Notes: generated by a model not told the origin, from the sequence alone. Shown: positions 8,814 through 17,645, numbered from the stretch's first letter. The stretch is 64,000 bases of DNA from Betaproteobacteria bacterium RIFCSPLOWO2_12_FULL_68_20 (GCA_001770655.1 MERQ01000092.1:30234-94233), one strand, 5' to 3'. Made by a program: numbers and translations.

Positions 8814-9043
8814 CCGGGTCTCGATCAGCTGCGTGCAGGTGAGAAGGCGCAGCCAGATCCTCAGCGCCCGGTGGTCGTCGGAGCGCGCGATGGTCTCGCG
8901 GTCGGTGCGGCGCGCGGGCTGGGCGAGGGCCGTAAAGGTTGAACTCTATATAGACGAAGCTTCAAGTATTTTCCCGGCCCCCGCCGCCGCTGTCAATCGG
9001 AGGATAGAAAACCCTGCGGGTTCAATCAGCGGCCGCCAATAAG

Positions 9044-9076
9044 CCCCGCGAGGCGGCGTGCGCCGCCCGCGCGGGG
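9044..9076 (-). terminator. GC-rich hairpin downstream of the membrane-protein gene (weak terminator candidate)
   Basis: The hairpin is CCCCGCG-a-GGCGGC-gtgc-GCCGCC-cg-CGCGGGG. On the minus strand it is followed only by a short CTTATT, so the U-tract is weak. Confidence 0.35.
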
Positions 9077-9096
9077 CCCTGGCTCACGGCCCGCGG

Positions 9097-10623
9097 CTAC
9101 TTGATGTCGGGCACCGGGAAGATCACCCCGCCGAACAGCAGCCAGGCGAGGAGCAGCGTCCAGAAGATGTTGACGATCTGCGCCGCGATGAAGGCCACCG
9201 CCGGCCGCCCGCCTTCCATCGTGGCGAGGTCGACGAACTTCGTCTCCAGGCCGATCGACACGAACGCGAGCGCGAACCACCACGTGCGCAGCTCGCCGAG
9301 CGCGCCGCCGGTGCCGCGCACCATGTCGGTGGGCAGGAAGAACGAGAACACGAAAGAGACGAGCAGGAAGCCGAGCACGAATTTCGGGAAGCGCTCCCAG
9401 ATGATGCCGGCGCCGGGCTTCGCGGCGCCCACCGCGGTGCCCTTGTAGGTCCACCACACGACCAGAATGAAGGCCGCCACGCCGATCAGCGCGTTCTGCG
9501 AGAACTTCACGATCACGCCGGTCTTCATCGCCGCGTCGCTGATGAGGGCGCCCGCCGCGACCACGGTCGCGCTGGTGTCGAGCGTGCCGCCCAGCCACGC
9601 CCCGGCGACGATGTCGGGGATCTGGAACGCCTTCACCAGCCACGGCATGATGATCATCATCGGCACCGCGACGATCAGCACCAGCGAGGTGACGTAGGAA
9701 AGCTTCTTCTTGTCGCCCTGGATCGCGCCGCAGGTGGCGATCGCCGCCGAGACGCCGCAGATCGCGACCGACGACGACAGCATGGCCGCGAAGTCGTCGT
9801 CCACCTTCAGCTTGCGCGCGATCCAGAAGCATACGTACCAGATCACCGCCACCACCAGGATCGCCTGGATGATCCCCAGCGCGCCGGCCTGGAGGATCTC
9901 CATGAACAGCAGCCCGGCGCCGAGGATGACGAGGCCCGTCTTGATGTAGTACTCGGTCTGCACCCCGGGCTTGAGCCAGTTCGGCACTCCGATGGTGTTG
10001 CTGATGAGCAACCCGAGCAGCAGCGCGAAGATCACGTACTCGACCCCGTACTCGACGAACAGCCCGTTGCCGGCGAGCATGCGCGCGATCCAGGCGAGGA
10101 CGAACACGACCGGGAACCCGAGCATGAAGGCGCCGACTTTGCCGCCGATCAGCGCAAAGCCGACCACGCCGACGATGAGCCCTGCGATCCCGATATACAC
10201 GCCCTTGCTGATGTTGTTCGCGCCAAAGACCTTGGCCGCGCCGGCCGCAGCGTGTCCGCGCACCTCGCCGCCGAGCGAGCCGGCGACCGTGTTCCGCCCT
10301 CCCGCCTTCGCCAGGGCGCCGGCGGCACTTTCGACCGCTTTGCGGTCGTTCTTCGCCAGGGCCGCCTTGAGATCGTTTGCGCTGGCCGCGACCTGCTTGC
10401 CCTTGTCGCCCCTGCCCTCGGCCTCCTTGAGGACGGCGTCGAGCGCGGCGCTCCAGTCGGCTGCGCGCGAGGCGATCTGCCCATCAGTGGTCCAGCGGAA
10501 CGTCGACCTCACGCTGCCGAGATCGAAAAGCTTCGCGTTGAAGATGACCAGCGCGGCGATGATGATGAAGAATCCCAGATAGACCGCAACCCAGTCCTCG
10601 GTGCGCCATTTCGCTGCCGCCAT
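9097..10623 (-). CDS. YeiH/UPF0324-family integral membrane protein (putative sulfate-exporter family) with an extended N-terminus
   Basis: The 508-aa polytopic ORF has the family-like motif SSSVAICGVSAAIATCGAI. A strong AGGAGGAA ribosome-binding site precedes the ATG at 10623. Confidence 0.7.
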   Translation of the reverse strand: MAAAKWRTEDWVAVYLGFFIIIAALVIFNAKLFDLGSVRSTFRWTTDGQIASRAADWSAALDAVLKEAEGRGDKGKQVAASANDLKAALAKNDRKAVESAAGALAKAGGRNTVAGSLGGEVRGHAAAGAAKVFGANNISKGVYIGIAGLIVGVVGFALIGGKVGAFMLGFPVVFVLAWIARMLAGNGLFVEYGVEYVIFALLLGLLISNTIGVPNWLKPGVQTEYYIKTGLVILGAGLLFMEILQAGALGIIQAILVVAVIWYVCFWIARKLKVDDDFAAMLSSSVAICGVSAAIATCGAIQGDKKKLSYVTSLVLIVAVPMMIIMPWLVKAFQIPDIVAGAWLGGTLDTSATVVAAGALISDAAMKTGVIVKFSQNALIGVAAFILVVWWTYKGTAVGAAKPGAGIIWERFPKFVLGFLLVSFVFSFFLPTDMVRGTGGALGELRTWWFALAFVSIGLETKFVDLATMEGGRPAVAFIAAQIVNIFWTLLLAWLLFGGVIFPVPDIK

Positions 10624-10840
10624 GGTTCCTCCTTGTTTGGGGCGCGCTTCCGGCCTTTTGCTTATATGCGGATCCGCCGGAGCAAGCGGATTCTTCTATG
10701 TCCGCGCATCACAACGCCAAGACAAAAAACTCATAAGCCCCGTAGGGATTTCTATATTGCGGCGCAACCTTGAACGAATTCCGGGACTTAGCACCCCCGC
10801 GCAGGCATCGCTTAGACTCCGGATACCGGAGGCCCTCGCC

Positions 10841-11233
10841 TTGAAATCGATATTCCATCTCGCCGCCGCGGCGCTGCTCGCGTTCGCGGCTGCGAACGCG
10901 CTCGCACAGCAGGCCTCGGCGGACGACGTCGAGGCGGTCAACAAGATGTTCCCGTGCCTCGCCGAGGGCCTGCCGCAGGACTGGCAGAAGCTGCAGGTGA
11001 CCGTCGAGCTCGACACACCCGGCGCCGCCACCGGCAGCGTGTCGTACAAGGTGGCGAAAGGCGACGCGCAGACCCCGCTCGACGATTTCAAGCCGTGCGA
11101 CTCGCAGGAGCCGGTGCAGATCGTGCTCGGCTTGCGCGAACGGCTTTCCGCGGAGCGTCGCGGCTGGATCCGCGCGCAGCTCAACCTGCAGCGCGACGGC
11201 AGCTTCGGACTGAAGTACGACTACCCGAAGTAG
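10841..11233 (+). CDS. Hypothetical secreted protein
   Basis: A TTG at 10841, 8-9 nt after GGAGG, gives (M)KSIFHLAAAALLAFAAANALAQQ (signal peptide) and a 130-aa product with two Cys. I recognise no family. Confidence 0.5.
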   Translation: MKSIFHLAAAALLAFAAANALAQQASADDVEAVNKMFPCLAEGLPQDWQKLQVTVELDTPGAATGSVSYKVAKGDAQTPLDDFKPCDSQEPVQIVLGLRERLSAERRGWIRAQLNLQRDGSFGLKYDYPK

Positions 11234-11239
11234 CGGCCG

Positions 11240-12949
11240 CTAGGTCCGGCGCAGGAAATCGAAGTCGCAGCCCTGCTCGGCCTGGAGCACGTGCTCCATG
11301 TAGAGCCTGGCGTAGCCTCGCGTGGGTGCCGCGATCGGTGGCTTCCACGCCGCCTTTCTTTTCTGCATCTCCGTTTCCGCGACCAGCAGCTCGATTCTCC
11401 TTTCCCGCACGGAGAGCCGAATCCGGTCGCCGTTCCGGGCAAGCGCGAGCGGCCCGCCGACCGCCGCCTCGGGCGAGACGTGCAGCACGACGGTGCCGTA
11501 GGCGGTGCCGCTCATGCGCGCGTCAGAGATCCTCACCATGTCCTTCACGCCGGTGCGCGCGAGCTTGGCGGGAATCGGCAGGTAGCCTGCCTCGGGCATC
11601 GCGTAGCCGGACTTCGGGCCGGCGTTTTGCAGCACGAGGAAATCGTCCGGCTTCACGTCGAGCGCCGGGTCGTCCACCCGTGCCGCGAGATCGTCCAGCG
11701 AGGTGAAGACGACCGCCCGCCCCTCGCGCTCGAAGAGCGCGGCATCGGCAGCCGAGCGCTTTAGCAGCGCCCCGTTCGGCGCGAGCGAGCCGAAGAGCGC
11801 GACGAGCCCGCCCTGCGCGGAGAGCGGCTCCGCGAGCGGCCGCACGACCGCTCGGTCCACCCATGCCGGATGTCGTTCCAAGACTCCCCTCAGAGTGACG
11901 CCGGCAACCGTCATGCAGTCGAGGTGGAGCAGAGGCTTCAGCTCGCGCAGCACGGCGCCGATCCCGCCGGCCGCATGGAGATCCGACATGTAATGCTGCC
12001 CGGTCGGCTTGAGGTCTACGAGCACTGGCGTCGAATCCGAAAGCTCGTTCAGGCGCCTGAGCGACACCTCCACGCCCACGCGCCCCGCGATCGCCGCGAG
12101 GTGCACGACCGCGTTGGTCGAGCCGCCGATCGCGAGCAGCACGCGCAGCGCGTTCTCAATGGATTTTTCGGTGATGATCTGCGAGGGCTGGATCGGCGTT
12201 TTCGCCAGCTCCACGGCGCGCCGGCCGCTCGCCTCGGCGCAGCGCAGCCGGTCGGCATGCACCGCCGGGATCGCCGCGCTTCCCGGCAGCGCCATGCCGA
12301 GCGCCTCGGCGATCGAGGCCATGGACGAAGCTGTACCCATCACGGCACAAGTCCCTGAAGTCGTGGCGAGATTGCCTTCGATCTCGTCGATTCCTTCCTG
12401 GTCCACCTTTCCCGCGCGGTGCAGCGCCCAGAAGCGCCGGCAGTCGGTGCAGGCGCCCAGCCGCTCGCCGCGAAACGAGGTCGGCATCATCGGCCCGGCG
12501 AGGAGCTGCACGGCGGGAAGGTCGGCGGATGCCGCGCCCATCAGCTGCGCGGGCACCGTCTTGTCGCAGCCGCCCACGAGCACTACGGCGTCCATCGGCT
12601 GCGCGCGGATCATCTCCTCGACGTCCATCGCCATCAGGTTTCGGAACATCATCGAGGTGGGGCTGAGGAACACCTCGCCGAGCGAGATGGTCGGGAACTC
12701 GAGCGGCAGCCCGCCGGCGGCGAGCACGCCGCGCTTCACCGCCTCGACCAGCTCGGGGAAATGCCGGTGGCAGTTGTTGAATGCGCTCCTGGAATCCGCG
12801 ATGCCGACCACGGGCCGGCCGAGCAGCTCGCCCGAATAGCCCATGCTCTTGGCGAACGAGCGGCGCAGGTAGAGCGAGAAGCCCGCATCGCCGTAGTGCG
12901 TGAGGCCTCTCGCGAGTCCATCCTTCTTCTGTCGCGCCATGCGGCGCAT
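11240..12949 (-). CDS. IlvD/Edd-family dehydratase (dihydroxy-acid / sugar-acid dehydratase-like)
   Basis: The 569-aa ORF has family motifs GRPVVGIADSRSAFNNCHRHF, VLVGGCDKTVPA and TSGTCAVMGTASSM. The start is either the ATG at 12949 or the ATG at 12940. Confidence 0.85.
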   Translation of the reverse strand: MRRMARQKKDGLARGLTHYGDAGFSLYLRRSFAKSMGYSGELLGRPVVGIADSRSAFNNCHRHFPELVEAVKRGVLAAGGLPLEFPTISLGEVFLSPTSMMFRNLMAMDVEEMIRAQPMDAVVLVGGCDKTVPAQLMGAASADLPAVQLLAGPMMPTSFRGERLGACTDCRRFWALHRAGKVDQEGIDEIEGNLATTSGTCAVMGTASSMASIAEALGMALPGSAAIPAVHADRLRCAEASGRRAVELAKTPIQPSQIITEKSIENALRVLLAIGGSTNAVVHLAAIAGRVGVEVSLRRLNELSDSTPVLVDLKPTGQHYMSDLHAAGGIGAVLRELKPLLHLDCMTVAGVTLRGVLERHPAWVDRAVVRPLAEPLSAQGGLVALFGSLAPNGALLKRSAADAALFEREGRAVVFTSLDDLAARVDDPALDVKPDDFLVLQNAGPKSGYAMPEAGYLPIPAKLARTGVKDMVRISDARMSGTAYGTVVLHVSPEAAVGGPLALARNGDRIRLSVRERRIELLVAETEMQKRKAAWKPPIAAPTRGYARLYMEHVLQAEQGCDFDFLRRT

Positions 12950-12950
12950 T

Positions 12951-15254
12951 CTAGCGGGCCGCCGCGCGCAGGGCCTCCCATATGCGCGAAGCAGTAGCGG
13001 GCATCTCGAGATGCTCGATCCCGGCAGGCCGCAGCGCGTCGAGGATCGCGTTCATCAGCGTGGGCAGCGCGCCGATGGTGCCCGCCTCGCCCGCGCCTTT
13101 CACGCCGAGCGCGTTGGTGGGGCTCGGCACCGGATGATCGAAAAGCCCGGGTTCCGGCAGCTCGCCCGCCCGCGGCATCGCGTAGTCCATGAAGCTCCCG
13201 GTGAGGAGCTGGCCGCTCGCCGGATCGTAGACGCAATGCTCGCCGAACACCTGCCCGGCGCCCTGCGCGATGCCGCCGTGCATCTGGCCTTCGAGCAGCG
13301 TGTGGTTGATGACGTTGCCGCAATCTTCCACGGCGACGTAGCCGATGACCTCGGTCGCGCCGGTGTCGGGGTCGATCTCCACTTCGGCGACGTGCGCCCC
13401 GCTCGGGAAGGTCACCGACAATTTCATGTCGCCGACGGAGTCCAGCGGGTGCGTCGCGCCGCCGGCGTGCTTGCGAGCGAGATCGGCGAGCGCGATCGAG
13501 CGGTCGGTGCCCTTGACCGTGTAGCGGCCGTCGGCGAACTCGACGTCCTGCAGAGCGACCTCGAGCTCCTGCGCGGCGAGCTCGAGGCCTTTGCGGATGA
13601 CCTCGCGCGCCGCCGCGAGCGCGGCGCCGCCGTGCTGCACCATCGAGCGCGAGCCGACCGTTCCCATGCCGGTAAGCGCCGGCGCATCCGGATCGCCGGT
13701 TCGCAGCACGATTCTTTCCGCATCGACGCCGAGCGCGCGCGCCGCGATCTCCGGCAGCACCGTCTCGTGCCCCTGCCCGCTCGGCCCAGCGACGCTGTAG
13801 AGCAGCATCTCGCCCGAAGGCCCGAATTTCAGCATCGCCTGGTCGGGGTTGGGGCCGCGACCGCCGGCCGCCGGCTCGAGAAACACCGCGCAGCCGATCC
13901 CGCGCAGCCTGCCGCGCGCGCGCGCCTCGGCGCGCCGCGCTTCGAATTGGTCCCACGCCGAGTGCCGCCGCGCCTTTTCGAGCAAACCGGCGTAGTCGCC
14001 GCTGTCGTAGATCACGTCCTGTGGCGTCTTGTAGGGAAACGCCTCCTTCGGGATGAAATTGCGGCGGCGGATCTCCAGCCGGTCGATCCCGGTCTTGCGC
14101 GCCGCCTCCTCCACCAGGCGCTCGACGTTGAACGCGATGTCGGGACGCCCGGCGCCGCGGTAGGCGGCGATTGGCGTGGTGTTGGTCAGCACGCAGCGCG
14201 AGCGCCCGTACACCGCCGGTACGCGGTACACGCCGACCGAGCCCATCCTCGGGTAGGCGGTGGAGATGAACGGCCCGGCCGCCGAGAGATAGGCGCCCAT
14301 GTTCGCGGTCAGCTGGTGGCGCAACGCGAGAAACGTGCCGTCGCGCTCGAGCGCGAGCTCGCCCGAGATGCGGATCGCGCGCCCGTGGTAGTCGCTGACG
14401 AAGCACTCGGCGCGCGATGCGACCCATTTGACCGGGCGGCCCAGCCGCTTCGCGGCGACGAGCAGCGCGACGTACTCGGCGTAGGCCGGGCTGCGCGCGC
14501 CGAAGCCGCCGCCCACGTCCTGCGCGTGGATGCGGAATTTCTCCGGGGGAAGGCCCGTGAAGCCGGAGAAGCTCGCGCGCAGCATCGTCACGCCCTGCGT
14601 GCTCGACCAGACGTCGAAGACATCCTTCGCCGGATCGTAGGCGGCGAGCACCGCCTTGGGCTCCATCGGGTTCGGCGCGAGGCGCTGGCTCTCGTGCTCG
14701 AGGCGCACCACGCGCGCGGCGCGCGCGAAGGCCTCGTTCACCTTCGCCTCGTCGCCCCACTCGAAATCGAAGCACAGGTTCCCCGGAACATCGGCGTGCA
14801 GCTGCGGCGCACCCGCCGCGAGCGCCTCGGTGGCGTTCACCACCGGATCGAGATCGCGATACTCGGCCGAGATCGCGTCGGCCGCGTCCTGCGCGGCGTG
14901 CGGCGAGTCGGCGAGGACGAGCGCCATCGGTTCGCCGACGAAGCGCACGCGGCCGCGCGCGAGACACGGCCGGTGAGGAAGCTTCAGTTCCGCACCGCCC
15001 CGCCCGGGAAACGAGACGTTCGTCTTCGGGGTCCTGATCGCGGCGATGTCCGCATCGTCGCCCGTCAGCACCGCAATGACGCCGGGCAGCGCGACAGCCG
15101 GCTTCACGTCGATCGAGGCGATCTCGGCGTGCGCCCGGTCGCTGCGCAGGAAGCAGGCGTGGAGCTGCCCCGGGAGATTCCAGTCCGCGGCATAGCGCCC
15201 CGCGCCGGTGAGCAGCCGGTCATCCTCGCGCCGGCCTTTGAATTCGGATTTCAT
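12951..15254 (-). CDS. Molybdopterin-binding large subunit of a xanthine dehydrogenase / aldehyde oxidase / CoxL-form-II type hydroxylase
   Basis: The 767-aa ORF starts MKSEFKGRREDDRLLTGAGRYAADW and contains the AYRGAGR motif typical of form-II CoxL-like proteins. Confidence 0.85.
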   Translation of the reverse strand: MKSEFKGRREDDRLLTGAGRYAADWNLPGQLHACFLRSDRAHAEIASIDVKPAVALPGVIAVLTGDDADIAAIRTPKTNVSFPGRGGAELKLPHRPCLARGRVRFVGEPMALVLADSPHAAQDAADAISAEYRDLDPVVNATEALAAGAPQLHADVPGNLCFDFEWGDEAKVNEAFARAARVVRLEHESQRLAPNPMEPKAVLAAYDPAKDVFDVWSSTQGVTMLRASFSGFTGLPPEKFRIHAQDVGGGFGARSPAYAEYVALLVAAKRLGRPVKWVASRAECFVSDYHGRAIRISGELALERDGTFLALRHQLTANMGAYLSAAGPFISTAYPRMGSVGVYRVPAVYGRSRCVLTNTTPIAAYRGAGRPDIAFNVERLVEEAARKTGIDRLEIRRRNFIPKEAFPYKTPQDVIYDSGDYAGLLEKARRHSAWDQFEARRAEARARGRLRGIGCAVFLEPAAGGRGPNPDQAMLKFGPSGEMLLYSVAGPSGQGHETVLPEIAARALGVDAERIVLRTGDPDAPALTGMGTVGSRSMVQHGGAALAAAREVIRKGLELAAQELEVALQDVEFADGRYTVKGTDRSIALADLARKHAGGATHPLDSVGDMKLSVTFPSGAHVAEVEIDPDTGATEVIGYVAVEDCGNVINHTLLEGQMHGGIAQGAGQVFGEHCVYDPASGQLLTGSFMDYAMPRAGELPEPGLFDHPVPSPTNALGVKGAGEAGTIGALPTLMNAILDALRPAGIEHLEMPATASRIWEALRAAAR

Positions 15255-15274
15255 TCGCTTATAGTGCCGGAGCC

Positions 15275-15709
15275 ATGTCCAAACTCACCTTGAAGCAAGC
15301 CAACGGCATCATCGAGCAGGCGTTCGCCAAGGCGCGCGAGATGAAAATCAAGCCGCTCGGCGTGGTGGTGCTCGACGACTCCGGCAACATCGTATCCGCT
15401 CAGCGCGAGGACGGCGCCACCATGTTTCGCATCGACATCGCGCGCGGCAAGGCCTGGGCATCGGTGGCGATGGGCGCGCCGAGCCGCGCGCTCGGCGGCC
15501 GCGCCAAGGACAACCCGGCGTTCTTCATCACGCTCGCCGCGACCGCGGGCGGGAAATTCCTGCCGCAGACCGGGGGCGTGCTGATCAAGGACGAGACCGG
15601 AACGGTGATCGGCGCAGCCGGCGCGAGCGGCGGCACCGGCGACGAGGACGAGGCCTGCTGCATCCACGGCATCCGGCAGGCGGGGCTTACCGCGGATCCT
15701 GCTGCATAG
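15275..15709 (+). CDS. GlcG/HbpS-family (DUF336) heme-binding protein
   Basis: The 144-aa ORF reads ...GKAWASVAMG...GGVLIKDETGTVIGAAGASGGTGDEDE. It is divergent from the Mo-subunit gene with only a 20-bp gap. Confidence 0.8.
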   Translation: MSKLTLKQANGIIEQAFAKAREMKIKPLGVVVLDDSGNIVSAQREDGATMFRIDIARGKAWASVAMGAPSRALGGRAKDNPAFFITLAATAGGKFLPQTGGVLIKDETGTVIGAAGASGGTGDEDEACCIHGIRQAGLTADPAA

Positions 15710-15732
15710 GCATGGCGCGGCGAGTGGAGCCG

Positions 15733-15840
15733 CTAGGCTTCCGCTGCAGCCAAATCGGTCGTGCGGTGCTGCTTGACCTCCTCGGCCCGCATCACCGCGA
15801 GATACGAGTACAAGCTGCCGAAAAAGAAGAAGAAGTCCAT
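15733..15840 (-). pseudogene. N-terminal fragment of a 2-hydroxychromene-2-carboxylate isomerase / DsbA-like gene (35 codons)
   Basis: The ATG overlaps the stop of the upstream MetE-like gene (TGATG). The translation is MDFFFFFGSLYSYLAVMRAEEV..., matching the remembered N-terminal F.FDF.SPYSYLA signature of HCCA isomerases. It then stops after 35 aa. Confidence 0.45.
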
Positions 15841-16946
15841 CAGCCCCAGATGTCGCGCGCGGCGTCCACGCACAAGCGGAGCTTCGCGCGCTCGTCGGCC
15901 TCGGTCACGGGATTGCCGCCCATGGTGCTCGCGAAGCCGCACTGGGGGCTGATCGCAAGGCGCGAAGGGTCGATGTATTTCGCGGCCTCCTCCGCCCTTT
16001 GTTTCAACTGATCCATGGGCTCCAATCGCGACGTTTTCGAGCTCACCAGGCCGAGCACCACGCCTTTGTCCTTCGGCACGAAGCGCAGCGGCGCGAAGCC
16101 CCCGGCGCGCGGCGTGTCGAATTCGAGCAGGAAATGGTTCACCTGCGCAGTGCCGAAGAGCTTCTCGGCGACCGAGTCGTAGCCGCCCTCGGAAAGATAC
16201 ATGCCTTTGTAGTTGCCGCGGCAGACGTGCACGCCGACGGTGACCTGCGGCGGCGCATTCTTCGCCGCCTGGTTGATAGCGCTCACATACAGGTCCACGA
16301 GCCGGTCCGGGTCCTCGCCTCCTGACTGCACTTTCGCGCGCGCCGCCGGATCGCACAGGATCGCCAGCGCCACCTCGTCGAGCTGCACGTAGCGGCAGCC
16401 CGCTCGTGCGAGGTCCGCAATTTCGGCCTGATACACCTTGCCGAGATCCGCGAAAAACTCGGCCGGATCACCGTACACGCCCGGCTCGCCGTACTGCGTG
16501 TAGCGATAAAAATGCATCGTCGAGGGCGCCGGCATGGTGATCTTCGGTGTTGCCTCCGTTATCCCGGAGACGAACCTGAACTCGTCGAGCGTGATCGGCT
16601 CCCGCCGGCTCACCTTGCCGGCGACGTACGGCGCGGTGAAATCGCTCGCGCGCCCCTGCTCGTCGTGGAACCTGAACATCGCGTCCTTCACCACCAGACC
16701 GGCCGTGAGGCGAACGAACTTCTCCCAGTACGAGATGCGCCGGAACTCGCCGTCGGTCGCCACTTCGAGGCCGCAGTCCGCCTGAAGCTTCATCACCTCG
16801 CGGATCGCCGCGTCTTGTGCGGCGCGCAATTCCGCCTCGCCGATCTCGCCCGCCGAGCGGCGGCGAAACGCTTGGCGCAGCGCCGCCGGGCGCAGCAGGC
16901 TGCCGATGTGGTCGGCGCGGAAGGGCGGGCGGCCGTCTGGCGGCAT
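15840..16946 (-). CDS. Cobalamin-independent methionine synthase (MetE C-terminal domain)-like Zn alkyltransferase family protein, paralog 1
   Basis: The 368-aa ORF starts FRADHIGSLLRP. Zn-site-like motifs are VHVCRGN (HxC) and SPQCGFAS. Confidence 0.8.
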   Translation of the reverse strand: MPPDGRPPFRADHIGSLLRPAALRQAFRRRSAGEIGEAELRAAQDAAIREVMKLQADCGLEVATDGEFRRISYWEKFVRLTAGLVVKDAMFRFHDEQGRASDFTAPYVAGKVSRREPITLDEFRFVSGITEATPKITMPAPSTMHFYRYTQYGEPGVYGDPAEFFADLGKVYQAEIADLARAGCRYVQLDEVALAILCDPAARAKVQSGGEDPDRLVDLYVSAINQAAKNAPPQVTVGVHVCRGNYKGMYLSEGGYDSVAEKLFGTAQVNHFLLEFDTPRAGGFAPLRFVPKDKGVVLGLVSSKTSRLEPMDQLKQRAEEAAKYIDPSRLAISPQCGFASTMGGNPVTEADERAKLRLCVDAARDIWG

Positions 16947-16955
16947 GACTTTCCA

Positions 16956-16975
16956 ATTCTATTATGCTATAGAAT
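16956..16975. promoter_or_regulatory. Perfect 7-bp inverted repeat ATTCTAT-N6-ATAGAAT in the divergent MetE-like / tetR intergenic region (candidate TetR operator)
   Basis: This is an AT-rich palindrome in an otherwise GC-rich 54-bp divergent promoter region (16947-17000). Confidence 0.5.
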
Positions 16976-17000
16976 CGGATTGTCCACGGTTTCGCCCCGC

Positions 17001-17645
17001 ATGCGCAACCGCACCGCCATCGCCCCGCGCCGAGCGGCGGCGAGCCCGAAGCGCCGCGCCGCAGAAATGCTTGCGGCGGCGGCCAAGGTCTTTGCGCGCC
17101 GCGGCTACCACGGCGCCTCGACCCAGGACATCGCCGACGTGCTCGGCATCCGCCAGGCGAGCCTGTACTACTACTTCGAGTCGAAAGAGGCGGCGCTGGA
17201 GGCGGTATGCAGCGACGGCGTCGAGGATTACGCCGTGCGCGCCCTTGCAGTACTGCGCGGCCCGGGCACCGCGTCCGACAAGGTCGCAAAGCTGGTGTTC
17301 CACCATCTTTCGCCGGTCGTCGAGCGCCAGGATTACACCGTTGTATTCCATCGCGAGCGCCGCTACCTGCCCAAGCCGGCCCGCGAGCGCATTCGGACCT
17401 TGGAGCGCCGCTACGAGCGCATCATCCAGAAGGTGATCGAGCAGGGCGTAGCGAGCGGCGAGTTCCGCGCCGACCTCGACCCCCGCATGGCGACGCTCGC
17501 GCTGCTCGGCCTGGGGAACTCCGCCACCGCCTGGTACGGGCGCGAGCCCGGGGCGACTTTCGAGCGCATCACCTCGAACTACATCGATCTGCTGGTGCGC
17601 GCCTTCCGCAAGGACGATGCGCCGCCGCTCCGGGTCACGCACTGA
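17001..17645 (+). CDS. TetR/AcrR-family transcriptional regulator
   Basis: The ATG at 17001 gives a 214-aa product with the HTH AAAKVFARRGYHGASTQDIADVLGIRQASLYYYFESKEA. Confidence 0.85.
   Translation: MRNRTAIAPRRAAASPKRRAAEMLAAAAKVFARRGYHGASTQDIADVLGIRQASLYYYFESKEAALEAVCSDGVEDYAVRALAVLRGPGTASDKVAKLVFHHLSPVVERQDYTVVFHRERRYLPKPARERIRTLERRYERIIQKVIEQGVASGEFRADLDPRMATLALLGLGNSATAWYGREPGATFERITSNYIDLLVRAFRKDDAPPLRVTH

Noticed and set aside
10640-10690. The 10-bp perfect palindrome GCGGATCCGC and nearby TATAAG upstream of the YeiH-like gene as a promoter/operator.
   Set aside because: With any plausible -35 the spacer length is wrong (13 nt to TTGCTC). A single short GC palindrome containing a BamHI-type site is not enough evidence.
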